Shown here in pieces: positions 1 to 10,021 of a stretch of 64,000 bases of DNA. How positions within the stretch are numbered: position 1 is the first letter of the stretch; each line of letters opens with the position of its first letter. The stretch comes from Chitinophagaceae bacterium (GTDB lineage: Bacteria; Bacteroidota; Bacteroidia; Chitinophagales; Chitinophagaceae). Under the pieces are notes generated by a model. The model saw nothing but the letters and a program-made list of their open reading frames with translations, had not been told where the DNA came from and made no database searches. The position numbers and the translations under genes were made by a program. The stretch is from positions 463-64,462 of the forward strand of contig DAOOQH010000001.1 of assembly GCA_035388625.1 (NCBI GenBank). The letters run 5' to 3'.

Positions 1-119
1 GCTTTATCTGTGTATTCTGTGTGAAAAAAAATTAAGAAACATACAAATCATTCATATTTGAAGAATGAGAGATTGCTAGATCCATCAGACAAACAGATAA
101 AATCCTTACAATCACTTTA

Positions 120-692
120 CTAATTTAAAAAAGTTAAAGTCTTTATTGTTTTCTTTATTTTCATAAAAGGATTTTTTTTCAGCTCTTGCACTTGAAGTGT
201 TTTGCCATTTACAAATAATAGTTTGTATTCTCTTGTCATAAAAAAACCAGCATCACGTGTTTCGGCATAAATCGTCAAAATTTTATTATCATTTGTTTTT
301 GATGTAATACTCATTTTACTAGTAATTGCTTTCGGGTCTAAGGACGTTAACAACATCGTTCGTTTATTTAAAAGCGTATCTGTAAATACTTCTATACTAT
401 AATGTTTATCCAATTTTTCTTGAAACAAATTCGCTTTTAAAAATGGTTGTTTTAAATCATCCCAATTCACCTCATTTGCTTTTAAAAAACTTGAATCCTT
501 TTTCCCATCTATATTACTAATTAATTTAAAGGTATTAGGCGGTTTTTGAAAAGGTTCTAAATTTTGTTTAAAAAGCAATTCCATATCTGGATAATTCATG
601 ATTGAATCACCATTATATTTCTTTTTATTGCCACACGACATAATTGAAACACAAAAAACAAAACCTATACAAACTAATTTTATTTGATTCAT
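120..692 (-). CDS. hypothetical lipoprotein
   Basis: 190-aa ORF. N-terminal hydrophobic signal ends in a lipobox-like SIMSC. Lies 2 nt downstream of the SUI1-family gene on the same strand. Family not recognised. Confidence 0.55.
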   Translation of the reverse strand: MNQIKLVCIGFVFCVSIMSCGNKKKYNGDSIMNYPDMELLFKQNLEPFQKPPNTFKLISNIDGKKDSSFLKANEVNWDDLKQPFLKANLFQEKLDKHYSIEVFTDTLLNKRTMLLTSLDPKAITSKMSITSKTNDNKILTIYAETRDAGFFMTREYKLLFVNGKTLQVQELKKNPFMKIKKTIKTLTFLN

Positions 693-694
693 AA

Positions 695-1027
695 TTACAT
701 CTTTACTTTATAATGAAGTTGTTGTAAAAGTTGCACAACCTTTGCTTTATAATCACCTTGAATAATTATTTCTGCATCCTTTGCCGAACCTCCCGTACCA
801 CATTTTGTTTTTAATAATTTACCCAAAATCTCCAAGTCGCTTTGCACACCAACAAAACCAGTAATGAGTGTAACCACTTTACCAGCACGCTGTTTGCTAT
901 CCAAACTTACTTTTAATAATTGTTTTTCTGGTGGCAATGTCACTTGTTCCTCTTCGAGTTCTTCTTTAAATGCATCTGGATTTGTTGAAAAAACCAATCC
1001 ACCGGTAAATATTTTTTTCTTATTCAT
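695..1027 (-). CDS. SUI1/YciH-family translation initiation factor
   Basis: 110 aa. The size and the central/C-terminal pattern (KVVTLITGF ... KCGTGGSAKD..IIIQGD) are typical of bacterial SUI1/eIF1 homologues. ATG start confirmed at 1025..1027. Confidence 0.85.
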   Translation of the reverse strand: MNKKKIFTGGLVFSTNPDAFKEELEEEQVTLPPEKQLLKVSLDSKQRAGKVVTLITGFVGVQSDLEILGKLLKTKCGTGGSAKDAEIIIQGDYKAKVVQLLQQLHYKVKM

Positions 1028-1034
1028 TATGAGT

Positions 1035-1922
1035 CTAAAGTGAATTTATATGTTGTGGTACAATTAATTTTAACGCATTTGGCATCACATTTATTTTACA
1101 TTGGCCATTGCAGTCGTGCGCATCACCATCAGTTTGAAAATATTTTAAATTTGGACCTTCAATCGTAATCGCTTGAGTTCGAATATACAGGCAATTTTTA
1201 TTTTGAGTTAACTTTTTTCGCCATCCATCCCAAACAAATTTAAACCCATTAAAAAAGTTTATTTTTTTAACCAATATCATATCTAAATATCCATCTTGTA
1301 AAGTGGCTTTAGGCGCTATTTCAAATCCATATCCAAATTCCTTGCCATTTGCAATATTTAAAAAAAATGCTTTTTGAGTAAACGTTTTTTCTTCAGTTTC
1401 TATTGTATAGGTATCAGGTTGATAAGTAAAATAATTCTGAATCACTTTCAAAATATACATTTTTAATCCGCGACTTTTCGTTTGCTTAATTGTGTTACAA
1501 ACGGTTGCATCAAAACCAACGCCTGCATTACTAATAAAATAAACATGATTTGCCTTTCCTAAATCGATAAACATTGCTTTACCTTCAACAATCAACTTCA
1601 CAGCATCTTCAATATGCAAGGGAATTTCACAATGTCGGGCTAAACCATTTCCCGAACCTGTTGGCACAATGCCTAACGAAATACTTGTGTTGGCTAATTC
1701 TTGAATTACTTCATTCACTGTGCCATCGCCACCAACAGCAATAATTGTTTCAAACTTTTTTTCAATTCCTTCTTTCGTCAGTTCCTTGGCATGTCCTCCA
1801 AAACGAGTAATATGAATCTCGTACGTAAACCCATTTAAATAGTGTTCAATTGAAGATTTTAATTTTTCAATTCTTTTAGAACCGATTCGTGCATTGACAA
1901 TAAAATAAAAAGATTTTGACAT
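1035..1922 (-). CDS. diacylglycerol/lipid kinase family protein (YegS/BmrU-like)
   Basis: 295 aa with the DAGK catalytic-domain motif IIAVGGDGTVNEV, followed by GIVPTGSGNGLAR. Confidence 0.85.
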   Translation of the reverse strand: MSKSFYFIVNARIGSKRIEKLKSSIEHYLNGFTYEIHITRFGGHAKELTKEGIEKKFETIIAVGGDGTVNEVIQELANTSISLGIVPTGSGNGLARHCEIPLHIEDAVKLIVEGKAMFIDLGKANHVYFISNAGVGFDATVCNTIKQTKSRGLKMYILKVIQNYFTYQPDTYTIETEEKTFTQKAFFLNIANGKEFGYGFEIAPKATLQDGYLDMILVKKINFFNGFKFVWDGWRKKLTQNKNCLYIRTQAITIEGPNLKYFQTDGDAHDCNGQCKINVMPNALKLIVPQHINSL

Positions 1923-1925
1923 GCC

Positions 1926-2762
1926 TTACTTGACCGCTTTTAAACTTAAATCCATACTTACTGCATGATGAATAATAGCACCAGCAGAAATAAAATCAAC
2001 ACCTGTTGCTGCAAAATCTGCAATTGTATCGAGGGTAATGCCTCCACTCGCTTCGGTTTCAAATTGTTTATTTATTAAAGCAAGTGCTTCAACGATTTGA
2101 TCAGGCTTAAAATTGTCTAACATAATTCTATCAACACCACCATGCGCAATCACTCTTTTTACATCATCTATACTTCTTGTTTCAACTTCAATTTTAAGAT
2201 TTAAGTGTTTCCGTTTTAAATACTCATTTGTTTTGTCAATCGCTTTCTCAATTCCGCCACAATAATCTATATGGTTATCTTTCAACATAATCATATCATA
2301 CAAACCAAAACGATGATTTAATCCACCACCAATTACAACCGCTCTTTTCTCAAACCATCGGAAATTAGGTGTCGTTTTACGTGTATCTAAAATTTTTGTT
2401 GGATAATCTTTTATTTTTTCAACAAAGGCATTGGTTAAAGTAGCAATACCACTCATTCGTTGCATAATATTTAAAACCAATCTTTCAACTTTTAAAATGG
2501 TGTGTACCGAAGCCTTTACCTCAAACGCAATTTGACCATAATTCACACGATCACCGTCATTTAATACTTGAATAAACTCACTTTCAGGTTCAACTAAACT
2601 AAATATTTGCTTGGCAATTTCTATTCCGGCAATGATGCCTTCTTCCTTTACTTTTAATACAGCCTTACCCATTTCTTCCTTGGGTATACAAGCTAAGGTT
2701 GAATGATCGCCATCTCTTACATCTTCCTCAAGGGCTGTTTTTATAAACTCGTTGAAATTCAT
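1926..2762 (-). CDS. nadC: nicotinate-nucleotide (quinolinate) phosphoribosyltransferase, carboxylating
   Basis: 278 aa. N-terminal EDV..GD.S pattern, ILDTRKTTPN.R, MLKDNH and a C-terminal TIM-barrel segment EASGGIT are typical of NadC. Confidence 0.92.
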   Translation of the reverse strand: MNFNEFIKTALEEDVRDGDHSTLACIPKEEMGKAVLKVKEEGIIAGIEIAKQIFSLVEPESEFIQVLNDGDRVNYGQIAFEVKASVHTILKVERLVLNIMQRMSGIATLTNAFVEKIKDYPTKILDTRKTTPNFRWFEKRAVVIGGGLNHRFGLYDMIMLKDNHIDYCGGIEKAIDKTNEYLKRKHLNLKIEVETRSIDDVKRVIAHGGVDRIMLDNFKPDQIVEALALINKQFETEASGGITLDTIADFAATGVDFISAGAIIHHAVSMDLSLKAVK

Positions 2763-2849
2763 TGTTCAAAAGTAATGTTTAGATGCGAAGTCAGAAGCAA
2801 AAAAGTAAATGGATTTTTAATCAAGTCAATCACAAATTGAATGAATCAA

Positions 2850-3272
2850 TTACTTCTCAAACCGAATTTCACGTAGAAGATAATTGCCATTTTTCATCAC
2901 AAACAACATATATACGCGATACATCCCATTACTGGTTGACATATTGCCTAAAATAAAAAAAGCTTTATTAGCAGGAGATTTTCCACTTTGTTTATTTGTA
3001 AAACTAATCGGCTCTACTTTTGAAAAGAAATTTTGAATAATTAATTCGGCTTGCTTTTTGCTATAGAACTTTGTTTTATCATCAAAACCTAAATCTATTT
3101 GTTTATCAAAATACGCAGACAAACCTTTCGCATCTCCTTGTTTTAATGTATTTCCAATGTCTTCGAGATTTGCTTGTGCACTCAATGAGGAGTAAATTAA
3201 AATAAAAAGTAAACCAATGAGAAATTGTTTTCTTAAGGGTAGTTTTGAAGATATTTTAGTAGGTGACTTCAA
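2850..3272 (-). CDS. secreted DUF4783-like protein
   Basis: 140 aa with a signal peptide (..SSLSAQA). Overall pattern matches the small DUF4783 proteins commonly found next to nadC in Bacteroidota. The only available start is TTG (3270..3272); there is no in-frame ATG. Confidence 0.55.
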   Translation of the reverse strand: MKSPTKISSKLPLRKQFLIGLLFILIYSSLSAQANLEDIGNTLKQGDAKGLSAYFDKQIDLGFDDKTKFYSKKQAELIIQNFFSKVEPISFTNKQSGKSPANKAFFILGNMSTSNGMYRVYMLFVMKNGNYLLREIRFEK

Positions 3273-3309
3273 GTGGGGTAATTAGACCAATTTACTGCAA
3301 AGATTACAT

Positions 3310-3317
3310 TATTTTTG
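3310..3317 (+). promoter_or_regulatory. Bacteroidota-type -7 box TATTTTTG upstream of gpmI
   Basis: Perfect match to TAnnTTTG, ending 5 nt before the gpmI ATG (3323). This implies a leaderless or near-leaderless mRNA. Confidence 0.35.
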
Positions 3318-3322
3318 CAATT

Positions 3323-4846
3323 ATGCTTAAAAAGAGTTTATTAATCATCATGGACGGCTGGGGACACGGCAAAATAGCGGCTTCTGATGCTATTCAACAC
3401 GCCAATGTTCCTTTTGTTAAATCTTTATATTCGCAATACCCTCATGCTGAACTTATTACCTGTGGTGAGGCAGTTGGTTTACCCGATGGTCAAATGGGGA
3501 ATAGTGAAGTAGGTCATTTAAATATAGGTGCAGGTCGAATTGTTTACCAAGAACTACAACGCATCAATGTTGCTATTAGAGATGGTGAACTTAAATCGAA
3601 CCTCATATTTCAAAATACACTGAATTATGCAAAAACGAATTCTAAAACCCTTCATTTAATTGGTTTAATAAGTGACGGTGGTGTTCACTCACATATTAAC
3701 CACTTGAAAGCAATTTGCGACTATTGTAACGAAAGTCAAATCCAATCAGTGATGCTTCATTTATTTACTGATGGTAGAGATACGGATCCCAAAAGTGGAT
3801 ATGGTTTTATAGAAGAAATACAAGAATATTTAAAAAATAGTGATTGCAAAATTGCAAGCATCACAGGCCGTTACTTTGCAATGGATAGAGATAAACGTTG
3901 GGAAAGAGTAAAAGTGGCCTATGAAGCTTTAGTGAATGGAGTTGGTATTAAAACCTCCAATCTTTTAAATAGTATTCAAGAAGCTTATGATTCAGGCATT
4001 ACAGATGAATTTTTAAAACCACTCATTGCGATTGACGAAAACGGATTGCCATTAGCCACAATAAAAGATGGAGATGCTGTCATGTGTTTTAATTTCAGAA
4101 CAGATCGATGTCGCGAAATCACTGAAGTGTTAACACAGCAAGACTTTCCGGAGTTTGAAATGCACAAACTCGCTTTGTACTATACAACAATGACTGAGTA
4201 CGACAAAACCTTTGAACGTGTAAATGCTATTTTTACCAATGACGATCTAAAAAATACATTAGGTGAGGTTCTTGAACAAAATCATAAAACTCAAATCAGA
4301 ATTGCAGAAACTGAAAAATATCCACATGTCACTTTCTTTTTTAGTGGCGGAAGAGAAGAAGAATTTATTGGCGAAAAACGAATTATGTGTCCATCGCCTC
4401 AAGATGTAGCCACTTACGATTTAAAACCTCAAATGAGTGCCATTGATTTAACCAATGCGCTATTACCTGAAATTGAATTACAAACTGCTGATTTCATTTG
4501 CTTAAATTTTGCCAATGCAGATATGGTTGGTCATACCGGCGTTTGGGATGCCGTTATAAAAGCTGTAGAAACAGTTGATCAATGTGTTGAAAAACTTGTT
4601 ACACTAGCGCTTGCAAAAGATTATACCATATTTTTAACTGCCGATCATGGCAATAGCGATTATATGATTAATGAAGATGGCACACCGAATACAGCACACA
4701 CACTAAACCCTGTTCCTTTTTTTATTATCTCAAATGAATTTAAAGGACATGTAAAGAATGGTAAATTAGGCGATATTGCGCCAACAATTTTGCATTTCAT
4801 GGGATTAGAAATTCCTAAAGAAATGACTGGTAATATTTTAGTCTAA
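3323..4846 (+). CDS. gpmI: 2,3-bisphosphoglycerate-independent phosphoglycerate mutase
   Basis: Motifs LIIMDGWG, GNSEVGH, SDGGVHSH, TADHGN. I place the start at ATG 3323 (MLKKSLLIIMDGWG), not at the GTG at 3263 used in the ORF track. The 20-aa extension would overlap the divergent gene's start. Confidence 0.95.
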   Translation: MLKKSLLIIMDGWGHGKIAASDAIQHANVPFVKSLYSQYPHAELITCGEAVGLPDGQMGNSEVGHLNIGAGRIVYQELQRINVAIRDGELKSNLIFQNTLNYAKTNSKTLHLIGLISDGGVHSHINHLKAICDYCNESQIQSVMLHLFTDGRDTDPKSGYGFIEEIQEYLKNSDCKIASITGRYFAMDRDKRWERVKVAYEALVNGVGIKTSNLLNSIQEAYDSGITDEFLKPLIAIDENGLPLATIKDGDAVMCFNFRTDRCREITEVLTQQDFPEFEMHKLALYYTTMTEYDKTFERVNAIFTNDDLKNTLGEVLEQNHKTQIRIAETEKYPHVTFFFSGGREEEFIGEKRIMCPSPQDVATYDLKPQMSAIDLTNALLPEIELQTADFICLNFANADMVGHTGVWDAVIKAVETVDQCVEKLVTLALAKDYTIFLTADHGNSDYMINEDGTPNTAHTLNPVPFFIISNEFKGHVKNGKLGDIAPTILHFMGLEIPKEMTGNILV

Positions 4847-4856
4847 TTCATTCTTG

Positions 4857-5213
4857 CTACGAATGATAAACCCGTGAAGAAATGATTTTCCCATTCTGAA
4901 CCATCAATAATTCGCCTACACGCATTTCATCTTCTCCCGGAACTTGTCTATTATATTCCATAAAGATTTGATCATCTTCATTCATGATTCGAATAACTTC
5001 ATAATGTAATTCAGGTAAACGAGTAAATGCATCACGCCACCAATTTCTAAGTGCTTCTTTACCTTCAATCAATCCGTTGGTTTCAGGCTGATGAATTTTA
5101 AGTTTCGGACTATAATGTTTTGCATCCTCAGCATACAATGAAAGTAATGCCTCTAGATCATGTTTATTAAATGCATCAAACCATTGAATGGCTATTTGTT
5201 TTGTTTCATTCAT
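4857..5213 (-). CDS. NTF2/SnoaL-like family protein
   Basis: About 118 aa with the typical SnoaL-like opening (..WFDAFNKHDLEALLSLYAEDA..). Start moved to ATG 5211..5213 (MNETKQ), because the longer ORF would run through the upstream gene's terminator hairpin. Confidence 0.7.
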   Translation of the reverse strand: MNETKQIAIQWFDAFNKHDLEALLSLYAEDAKHYSPKLKIHQPETNGLIEGKEALRNWWRDAFTRLPELHYEVIRIMNEDDQIFMEYNRQVPGEDEMRVGELLMVQNGKIISSRVYHS

Positions 5214-5232
5214 ATCTTTTACACTTGTTATT

Positions 5233-5262
5233 AAAAAAACCACGCCTTCATCAAGCGTGGTT
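5233..5262 (-). terminator. intrinsic terminator of the beta-barrel OMP gene
   Basis: On the minus strand, an 8-bp stem aaccacgc/gcgtggtt (5238..5245 with 5255..5262) and a 9-nt loop are followed by a run of seven U (complement of the A-run 5233..5239, whose last two A are also the outer stem bases). Lies 25 nt after the stop at 5287. Confidence 0.6.
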
Positions 5263-5286
5263 CAAATATATTATTTTATTAACCGA

Positions 5287-6036
5287 TTAGAAAAAGTACC
5301 CAATGCGAATCGCTAAAGAATTACTTCTAATATTACCATCAGAAAATTTCAAACCATCATCGTTTGTTTTAGGTGTTGTGGCATCAACAAATCCATTTCT
5401 GTAAAGAATAGCACCATAAAAAGCATTCTTCTCATTAAAATTATATTCAGCACCTAAACCAATACACCAACCTAAATTAACAGGCACAACGGTTGCAATG
5501 CCACCTAATTTTTCTTTTGTACGTGTAACTGTTGAATCGTTTGCAAACTTCAAGGTATAATCTCCTTTCTGACTTAATAATAAACCCAAATCAAAACCTG
5601 TTTGAGCAAACACTTTAATTTTATCTAATTCAAAAGCTTTCATTTTTAAACCAATAGGAATGGTTAAGTATTGCATCTTTTTGTAATTCACATCGGCAAT
5701 TTTTAAACTGGCTGATGGTAAAGCTTTTGTAGTATCATGTACCGCTTTTATTCCACCACCTCTCCAATCCATGCCTATACCCGAATAAATGGTATATCGT
5801 TCGTTTAAATTATAATCGGCATTAATACCAAAACTAAATCCAACATTGCCTTTTCCTTTTGTAATTGTATAGGTTTCATCTGAAGATGCTGTAGGTTTCA
5901 ATGAATTAAATGTTGGGCCTAAAAACAATGCAAATCGAAATGTTTTAAAAATCTCATCTGTTTTTCTGTTTTGAGCCGAAATATTCGATGATGCAAATAC
6001 AACCAGAAGAAGGCTAAGTAATGTAAGTTTTTTCAT
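5287..6036 (-). CDS. outer-membrane beta-barrel (porin-family) protein
   Basis: 249 aa with a signal peptide (..SSNISAQ), alternating hydrophobic beta-strand pattern and the C-terminal aromatic residues (..IGYFF) typical of OM beta-barrels. Confidence 0.7.
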   Translation of the reverse strand: MKKLTLLSLLLVVFASSNISAQNRKTDEIFKTFRFALFLGPTFNSLKPTASSDETYTITKGKGNVGFSFGINADYNLNERYTIYSGIGMDWRGGGIKAVHDTTKALPSASLKIADVNYKKMQYLTIPIGLKMKAFELDKIKVFAQTGFDLGLLLSQKGDYTLKFANDSTVTRTKEKLGGIATVVPVNLGWCIGLGAEYNFNEKNAFYGAILYRNGFVDATTPKTNDDGLKFSDGNIRSNSLAIRIGYFF

Positions 6037-6099
6037 TTTTTTTATTTTATGTTAACAATTTATATATCACTTTTGCAACCTAATGTTAAAGACACAAAT

Positions 6100-7152
6100 A
6101 TGAGCAGACAAAAATACTACCTTAAATACCTCTACTTACTAACTGTTTGTTATTTGACGATAAGTCTGTTTAGTTCATGTGAATCATCAAAAAACAAAAA
6201 AGAAATTGATGTTTCAAAAATTGATGTTCAACTAAAATCACACCGTTTTGATAAAGACTTATTTGCTTGCGATACCAATCATCTTAAGGAAAGTATAAAT
6301 GTACTTGGAAATAAATATCCCGATTTTGCCAATGTTTATTTTAAAGAAATAACTGGGTTTGATCGCAACAACGACAATCTTGTATTTTTAAATTCAGTGC
6401 GTCATTTCATTACCTACAAAGACTATAAAAATTTATATGATACCGTTCAAATTGTGTTCCCCAATACAAATGAAATGGATGCATCATTATCCCAATTATT
6501 TAAACATGTGAAGTATTATTTCCCCAATGAAAAATTAGGAGATGTGTATTATTTTATTTCTGGTTTAAATTCTTGGAGTGCGGTAACAGTTGATACGGCG
6601 CTGGGTATAGGACTTGATATGCACTTAGGTAAAGATTATCCCTATTACGCATCCGTTCAATTACCCGAATATCAAATTGAACATTGCGAAAAAGAATATA
6701 TACCGATCAATGCAAGTAAAGTAATTTATGAAAATATATTTCCATTTGAACCTGATGGCAAAAATTTACTTGAACTCATGTTGATGAAAGGCAAACAACA
6801 ATTGTTTATGGAATATACTTTACCAACCACAAATGATGAATTACTAATGGGTTATACAACAAAACAACTTGAATGGTGTAAAGACAATGAAGCTATGATT
6901 TGGAATTACTTTTCTGCTCAAAAACTTTTATATTCAACCAATTGGCAAGATGTAATGCGGTATGTAAATGAAGGTCCTAACTCAACCGGTATGCCTCTCG
7001 AATCGCCAGGTAATATTGGCACTTGGATTGGATGGCAAATCATCAGAAAATATATGGATGAACATCCTGAAAAAACAATGGTTGACATTTTGAAAAGTTC
7101 AATAGACGCGCAAACACTATTGAGAGATTCGGGTTATAGACCTCGATCATAA
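6100..7152 (+). CDS. gldB: gliding motility lipoprotein GldB
   Basis: Lipoprotein signal (..LFSSCES). Segments RFDKDLF, QLEWCKDNEAMIWNYF and GNIGTWIGWQIIRKYM closely parallel Flavobacterium johnsoniae GldB as I recall it (RFDK.F, QIKWCQENESYIWRYF, GRVGQWIGWQIVRSYM). Start placed at ATG 6100. Confidence 0.8.
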   Translation: MSRQKYYLKYLYLLTVCYLTISLFSSCESSKNKKEIDVSKIDVQLKSHRFDKDLFACDTNHLKESINVLGNKYPDFANVYFKEITGFDRNNDNLVFLNSVRHFITYKDYKNLYDTVQIVFPNTNEMDASLSQLFKHVKYYFPNEKLGDVYYFISGLNSWSAVTVDTALGIGLDMHLGKDYPYYASVQLPEYQIEHCEKEYIPINASKVIYENIFPFEPDGKNLLELMLMKGKQQLFMEYTLPTTNDELLMGYTTKQLEWCKDNEAMIWNYFSAQKLLYSTNWQDVMRYVNEGPNSTGMPLESPGNIGTWIGWQIIRKYMDEHPEKTMVDILKSSIDAQTLLRDSGYRPRS

Positions 7153-7169
7153 TCTGAAGAAGATAGATG

Positions 7170-9926
7170 TTAAACATATTGACCTGTATAACCTGTCTTC
7201 TCTTTCTTCAATCCTTCTACAGACCCTTCATACAAAAGATAACCGCCACCTTCACCTCCTTCAGGTCCCAAATCAATGGCCCAATCGGCATTACGAATAA
7301 TATCTGGATTATGTTCGATCACAATAATTGAATGTCCATTTTCAATTAATGCTTGAAACGATTGAAGTAATTTATGAATATCATGAAAATGTAAACCGGT
7401 GGTTGGTTCATCAAAAATGAAAAGTATTTTTTTATTGGCAAAACTCTTATCTAAAAACGAAGCCAATTTAACACGTTGCGCCTCGCCACCGCTGAGTGTG
7501 TCACTCGATTGCCCGAGCTTAATATAGCCCAAGCCTACATCATGTAAACACTTAATTTTTTCGGCTATTTTTTTCTCTGCCTGAAAAAATTCGAGGGCTT
7601 CATCAACACTCATATCAAGCACATCTGTGATGCTTTTATGTTTATACTGAACCTCAACAACCTCTTGCTTAAAACGTTTGCCTTTGCAACTTTCACATGT
7701 TAAATGAACATCAGCAAGAAATTGCATTTCAACAACAGTCTCACCTTCGCCTTTACAAGTATCGCATCGACCACCATCAACATTAAAAGAAAAGTAACCC
7801 GGTGTATACCCACGTACTTTAGCTAAATGTTGCGCGGCAAATAAGGCCCTTATATCATCATATGCCTTGATATACGTGATAGGATTTGATCGAGATGATT
7901 TGCCAATCGGATTTTGATCAACCATTTCAACAGAACTCACTGCTTGTAAATCACCTTTCAATTCGCCATGTTCACCAGGCTTAATACTGTAATCTCCTTT
8001 TATATTTTTTAAGGCTGGATATAAAATATGCTTAATTAAACTCGTCTTTCCTGAACCACTTACACCTGTTATTACACAAAGCATATTTAAGGGAAATGAA
8101 ACAGTAATATCTTTTAAATTATGTTGCGTGCAATTCGTAAGTATTAATTTATTCACCACCTTTCGATTTGGTTTGTCAATACCCACTTTCAAATCACCAT
8201 TTAAATATTGCGCAGTTAAACTTTTTTTATTTTTAAGTATTTCTTTATAAGTGCCATGTGCAATTATTTCACCTCCAAGGTGCGAAGCAAATGGACCCAC
8301 ATCAATGATATAATCGGCATCACGCATAATTTGATCATCGTGTTCAACCACAACAACGGTATTCCCTAAATCACGCAATCGCTTCAAAACCTTAATCAAC
8401 CGATTCGTATCCCTAGCATGTAATCCAATGGAAGGTTCATCTAAAATATAAAGGCTATCCGTTAAATTACTTCCTATGACACGGGTTAATTGTATACGCT
8501 GACTTTCGCCGCCACTCAATGTATTCGCAGTTCTATTTAATGTGAGATAATTTAATCCGACATCCAATAAGGTAATGACTCTTGTTTCAAGTTCTATTAA
8601 AATTCGTTTTGCAATGGTCTGATCATGTTCGTTTAATTTCAATGATTGCATCCACTCATTCAAATTTTCTACCGGCATATCTAGTAATTCGCCAATATGG
8701 GTATCATTAATTTTAACCCATAAAGCATCTTTACGAATACGTGCACCACCACAACTGGTACAGGGTGTTTTTCCTCTATATCTTGCTTGCATCACACGAT
8801 ACTGTATTTTGTAAAGATTTTCTTCAACCATTTTAAAAAAGGCATGAATACCATGTTGGCTATTCCATAGTAATTCATATTCTTCTTTACTCAATTGACG
8901 AATAGGTTTATGTATTGGAAAATTATTTTTATTCTCATAAATAAACGCTGTCTTCCATTCACTCATCTTTTCACCACTCCAACAAGCCACAGCGCCTTCA
9001 TGAACCGATAAATTTTTATTTGGAATGACCAAAGATGGATCAATACCTAATACTTGACCAAACCCTTCACATTCAGGGCAAGCACCATAGGGATTATTAC
9101 TTGAAAAAAAATTAGGCGAAGGCTCTTCAAATCGAATGCCATCGGCTTCAAATCGATTGCAAAAATGAGCTAATTGTTTGCTATCAATATCTAAATAAAT
9201 ATCACCATTGGTTTCGTCAAACCCAATTTGAATACTATCAGCTACGCGATGCAATTCATCATCATCAAAAGTTTTAGCAACTAATCGATCAATAAGGATA
9301 TACATATTTTTCATGTCCAAACTGGGCTCTTCTTCCATCAACAAATCTTCAATTTGAATGATATACTTTTCTCCAATATGATACAATCTTGTAAAACCCT
9401 TTTGCATTAAATCATCTAAATAATATTTTACATTTTTCTCTGCTTCTTTTGGTAAGGGAATAATGATATGAAATTTGGATCCTGCCTTGAGCTTTTTAAT
9501 ATAATTGACCACATCAATGACTTCATCTTTTTTAACCTCGTTACCGCTAATTGGTGAGAAGGTTCGACCAATTTTTGCAAAAAGTAAACGCAAATAATCA
9601 TTCATCTCTGTCATAGAACCCACGGTAGATCTTGGGGTTCGAGCACTTACTTTTTGTTCAATGGCAATAGCCGGACAAAGACCTTCAATCATATCAACAT
9701 CAGGTTTTTGCATACTCTTCATAAACTGCCTTGCGTATGAACTTAAGCTTTCAACATAACGTCGCTGACCTTCGGCAAATAAGGTGTCCATGGTTAAAGA
9801 AGATTTTCCTGAACCACTGACTCCTGTTACCACTATTAATTTATTATGTGGAAATCGAACTGTTACATTCTTTAAATTATGCACCCTAGCACCTTTCACA
9901 ATAATATCTAAATCCTGTTTTGCCAT
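7170..9926 (-). CDS. uvrA: excinuclease ABC subunit A
   Basis: Two ABC modules (GVSGSGKSSL and GVSGSGKTSL Walker A; LSGGESQR and LSGGEAQR signatures) plus zinc-finger cysteine pairs (CPECEGFG, CTSCGG, CDTCKGEG..CESCKGKR). Start placed at ATG 9924..9926 (MAKQDLD). Confidence 0.95.
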   Translation of the reverse strand: MAKQDLDIIVKGARVHNLKNVTVRFPHNKLIVVTGVSGSGKSSLTMDTLFAEGQRRYVESLSSYARQFMKSMQKPDVDMIEGLCPAIAIEQKVSARTPRSTVGSMTEMNDYLRLLFAKIGRTFSPISGNEVKKDEVIDVVNYIKKLKAGSKFHIIIPLPKEAEKNVKYYLDDLMQKGFTRLYHIGEKYIIQIEDLLMEEEPSLDMKNMYILIDRLVAKTFDDDELHRVADSIQIGFDETNGDIYLDIDSKQLAHFCNRFEADGIRFEEPSPNFFSSNNPYGACPECEGFGQVLGIDPSLVIPNKNLSVHEGAVACWSGEKMSEWKTAFIYENKNNFPIHKPIRQLSKEEYELLWNSQHGIHAFFKMVEENLYKIQYRVMQARYRGKTPCTSCGGARIRKDALWVKINDTHIGELLDMPVENLNEWMQSLKLNEHDQTIAKRILIELETRVITLLDVGLNYLTLNRTANTLSGGESQRIQLTRVIGSNLTDSLYILDEPSIGLHARDTNRLIKVLKRLRDLGNTVVVVEHDDQIMRDADYIIDVGPFASHLGGEIIAHGTYKEILKNKKSLTAQYLNGDLKVGIDKPNRKVVNKLILTNCTQHNLKDITVSFPLNMLCVITGVSGSGKTSLIKHILYPALKNIKGDYSIKPGEHGELKGDLQAVSSVEMVDQNPIGKSSRSNPITYIKAYDDIRALFAAQHLAKVRGYTPGYFSFNVDGGRCDTCKGEGETVVEMQFLADVHLTCESCKGKRFKQEVVEVQYKHKSITDVLDMSVDEALEFFQAEKKIAEKIKCLHDVGLGYIKLGQSSDTLSGGEAQRVKLASFLDKSFANKKILFIFDEPTTGLHFHDIHKLLQSFQALIENGHSIIVIEHNPDIIRNADWAIDLGPEGGEGGGYLLYEGSVEGLKKEKTGYTGQYV

Positions 9927-10021
9927 AAGACTTGCAAGATAAATCAAAGGCTTGAAAGGATAAAATACAATGAGAGGGTTTGTATGAGTTGGGTATTGCT
10001 AAAAGTGATATTATACCAATG

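Noticed and set aside
3263-3322. GTG-initiated 20-codon N-terminal extension of gpmI
   Set aside because: The extension is not part of the conserved GpmI N-terminus. It overlaps the divergent gene's start codon and contains the -7 box. ATG 3323 gives the canonical ..LIIMDGWG opening.
5214-5243. 10-codon extension (MVFLITSVKD) of the NTF2-like ORF
   Set aside because: It runs into the terminator hairpin and U-tract of the upstream OMP gene. The internal ATG (5213) gives a normal SnoaL-like N-terminus.
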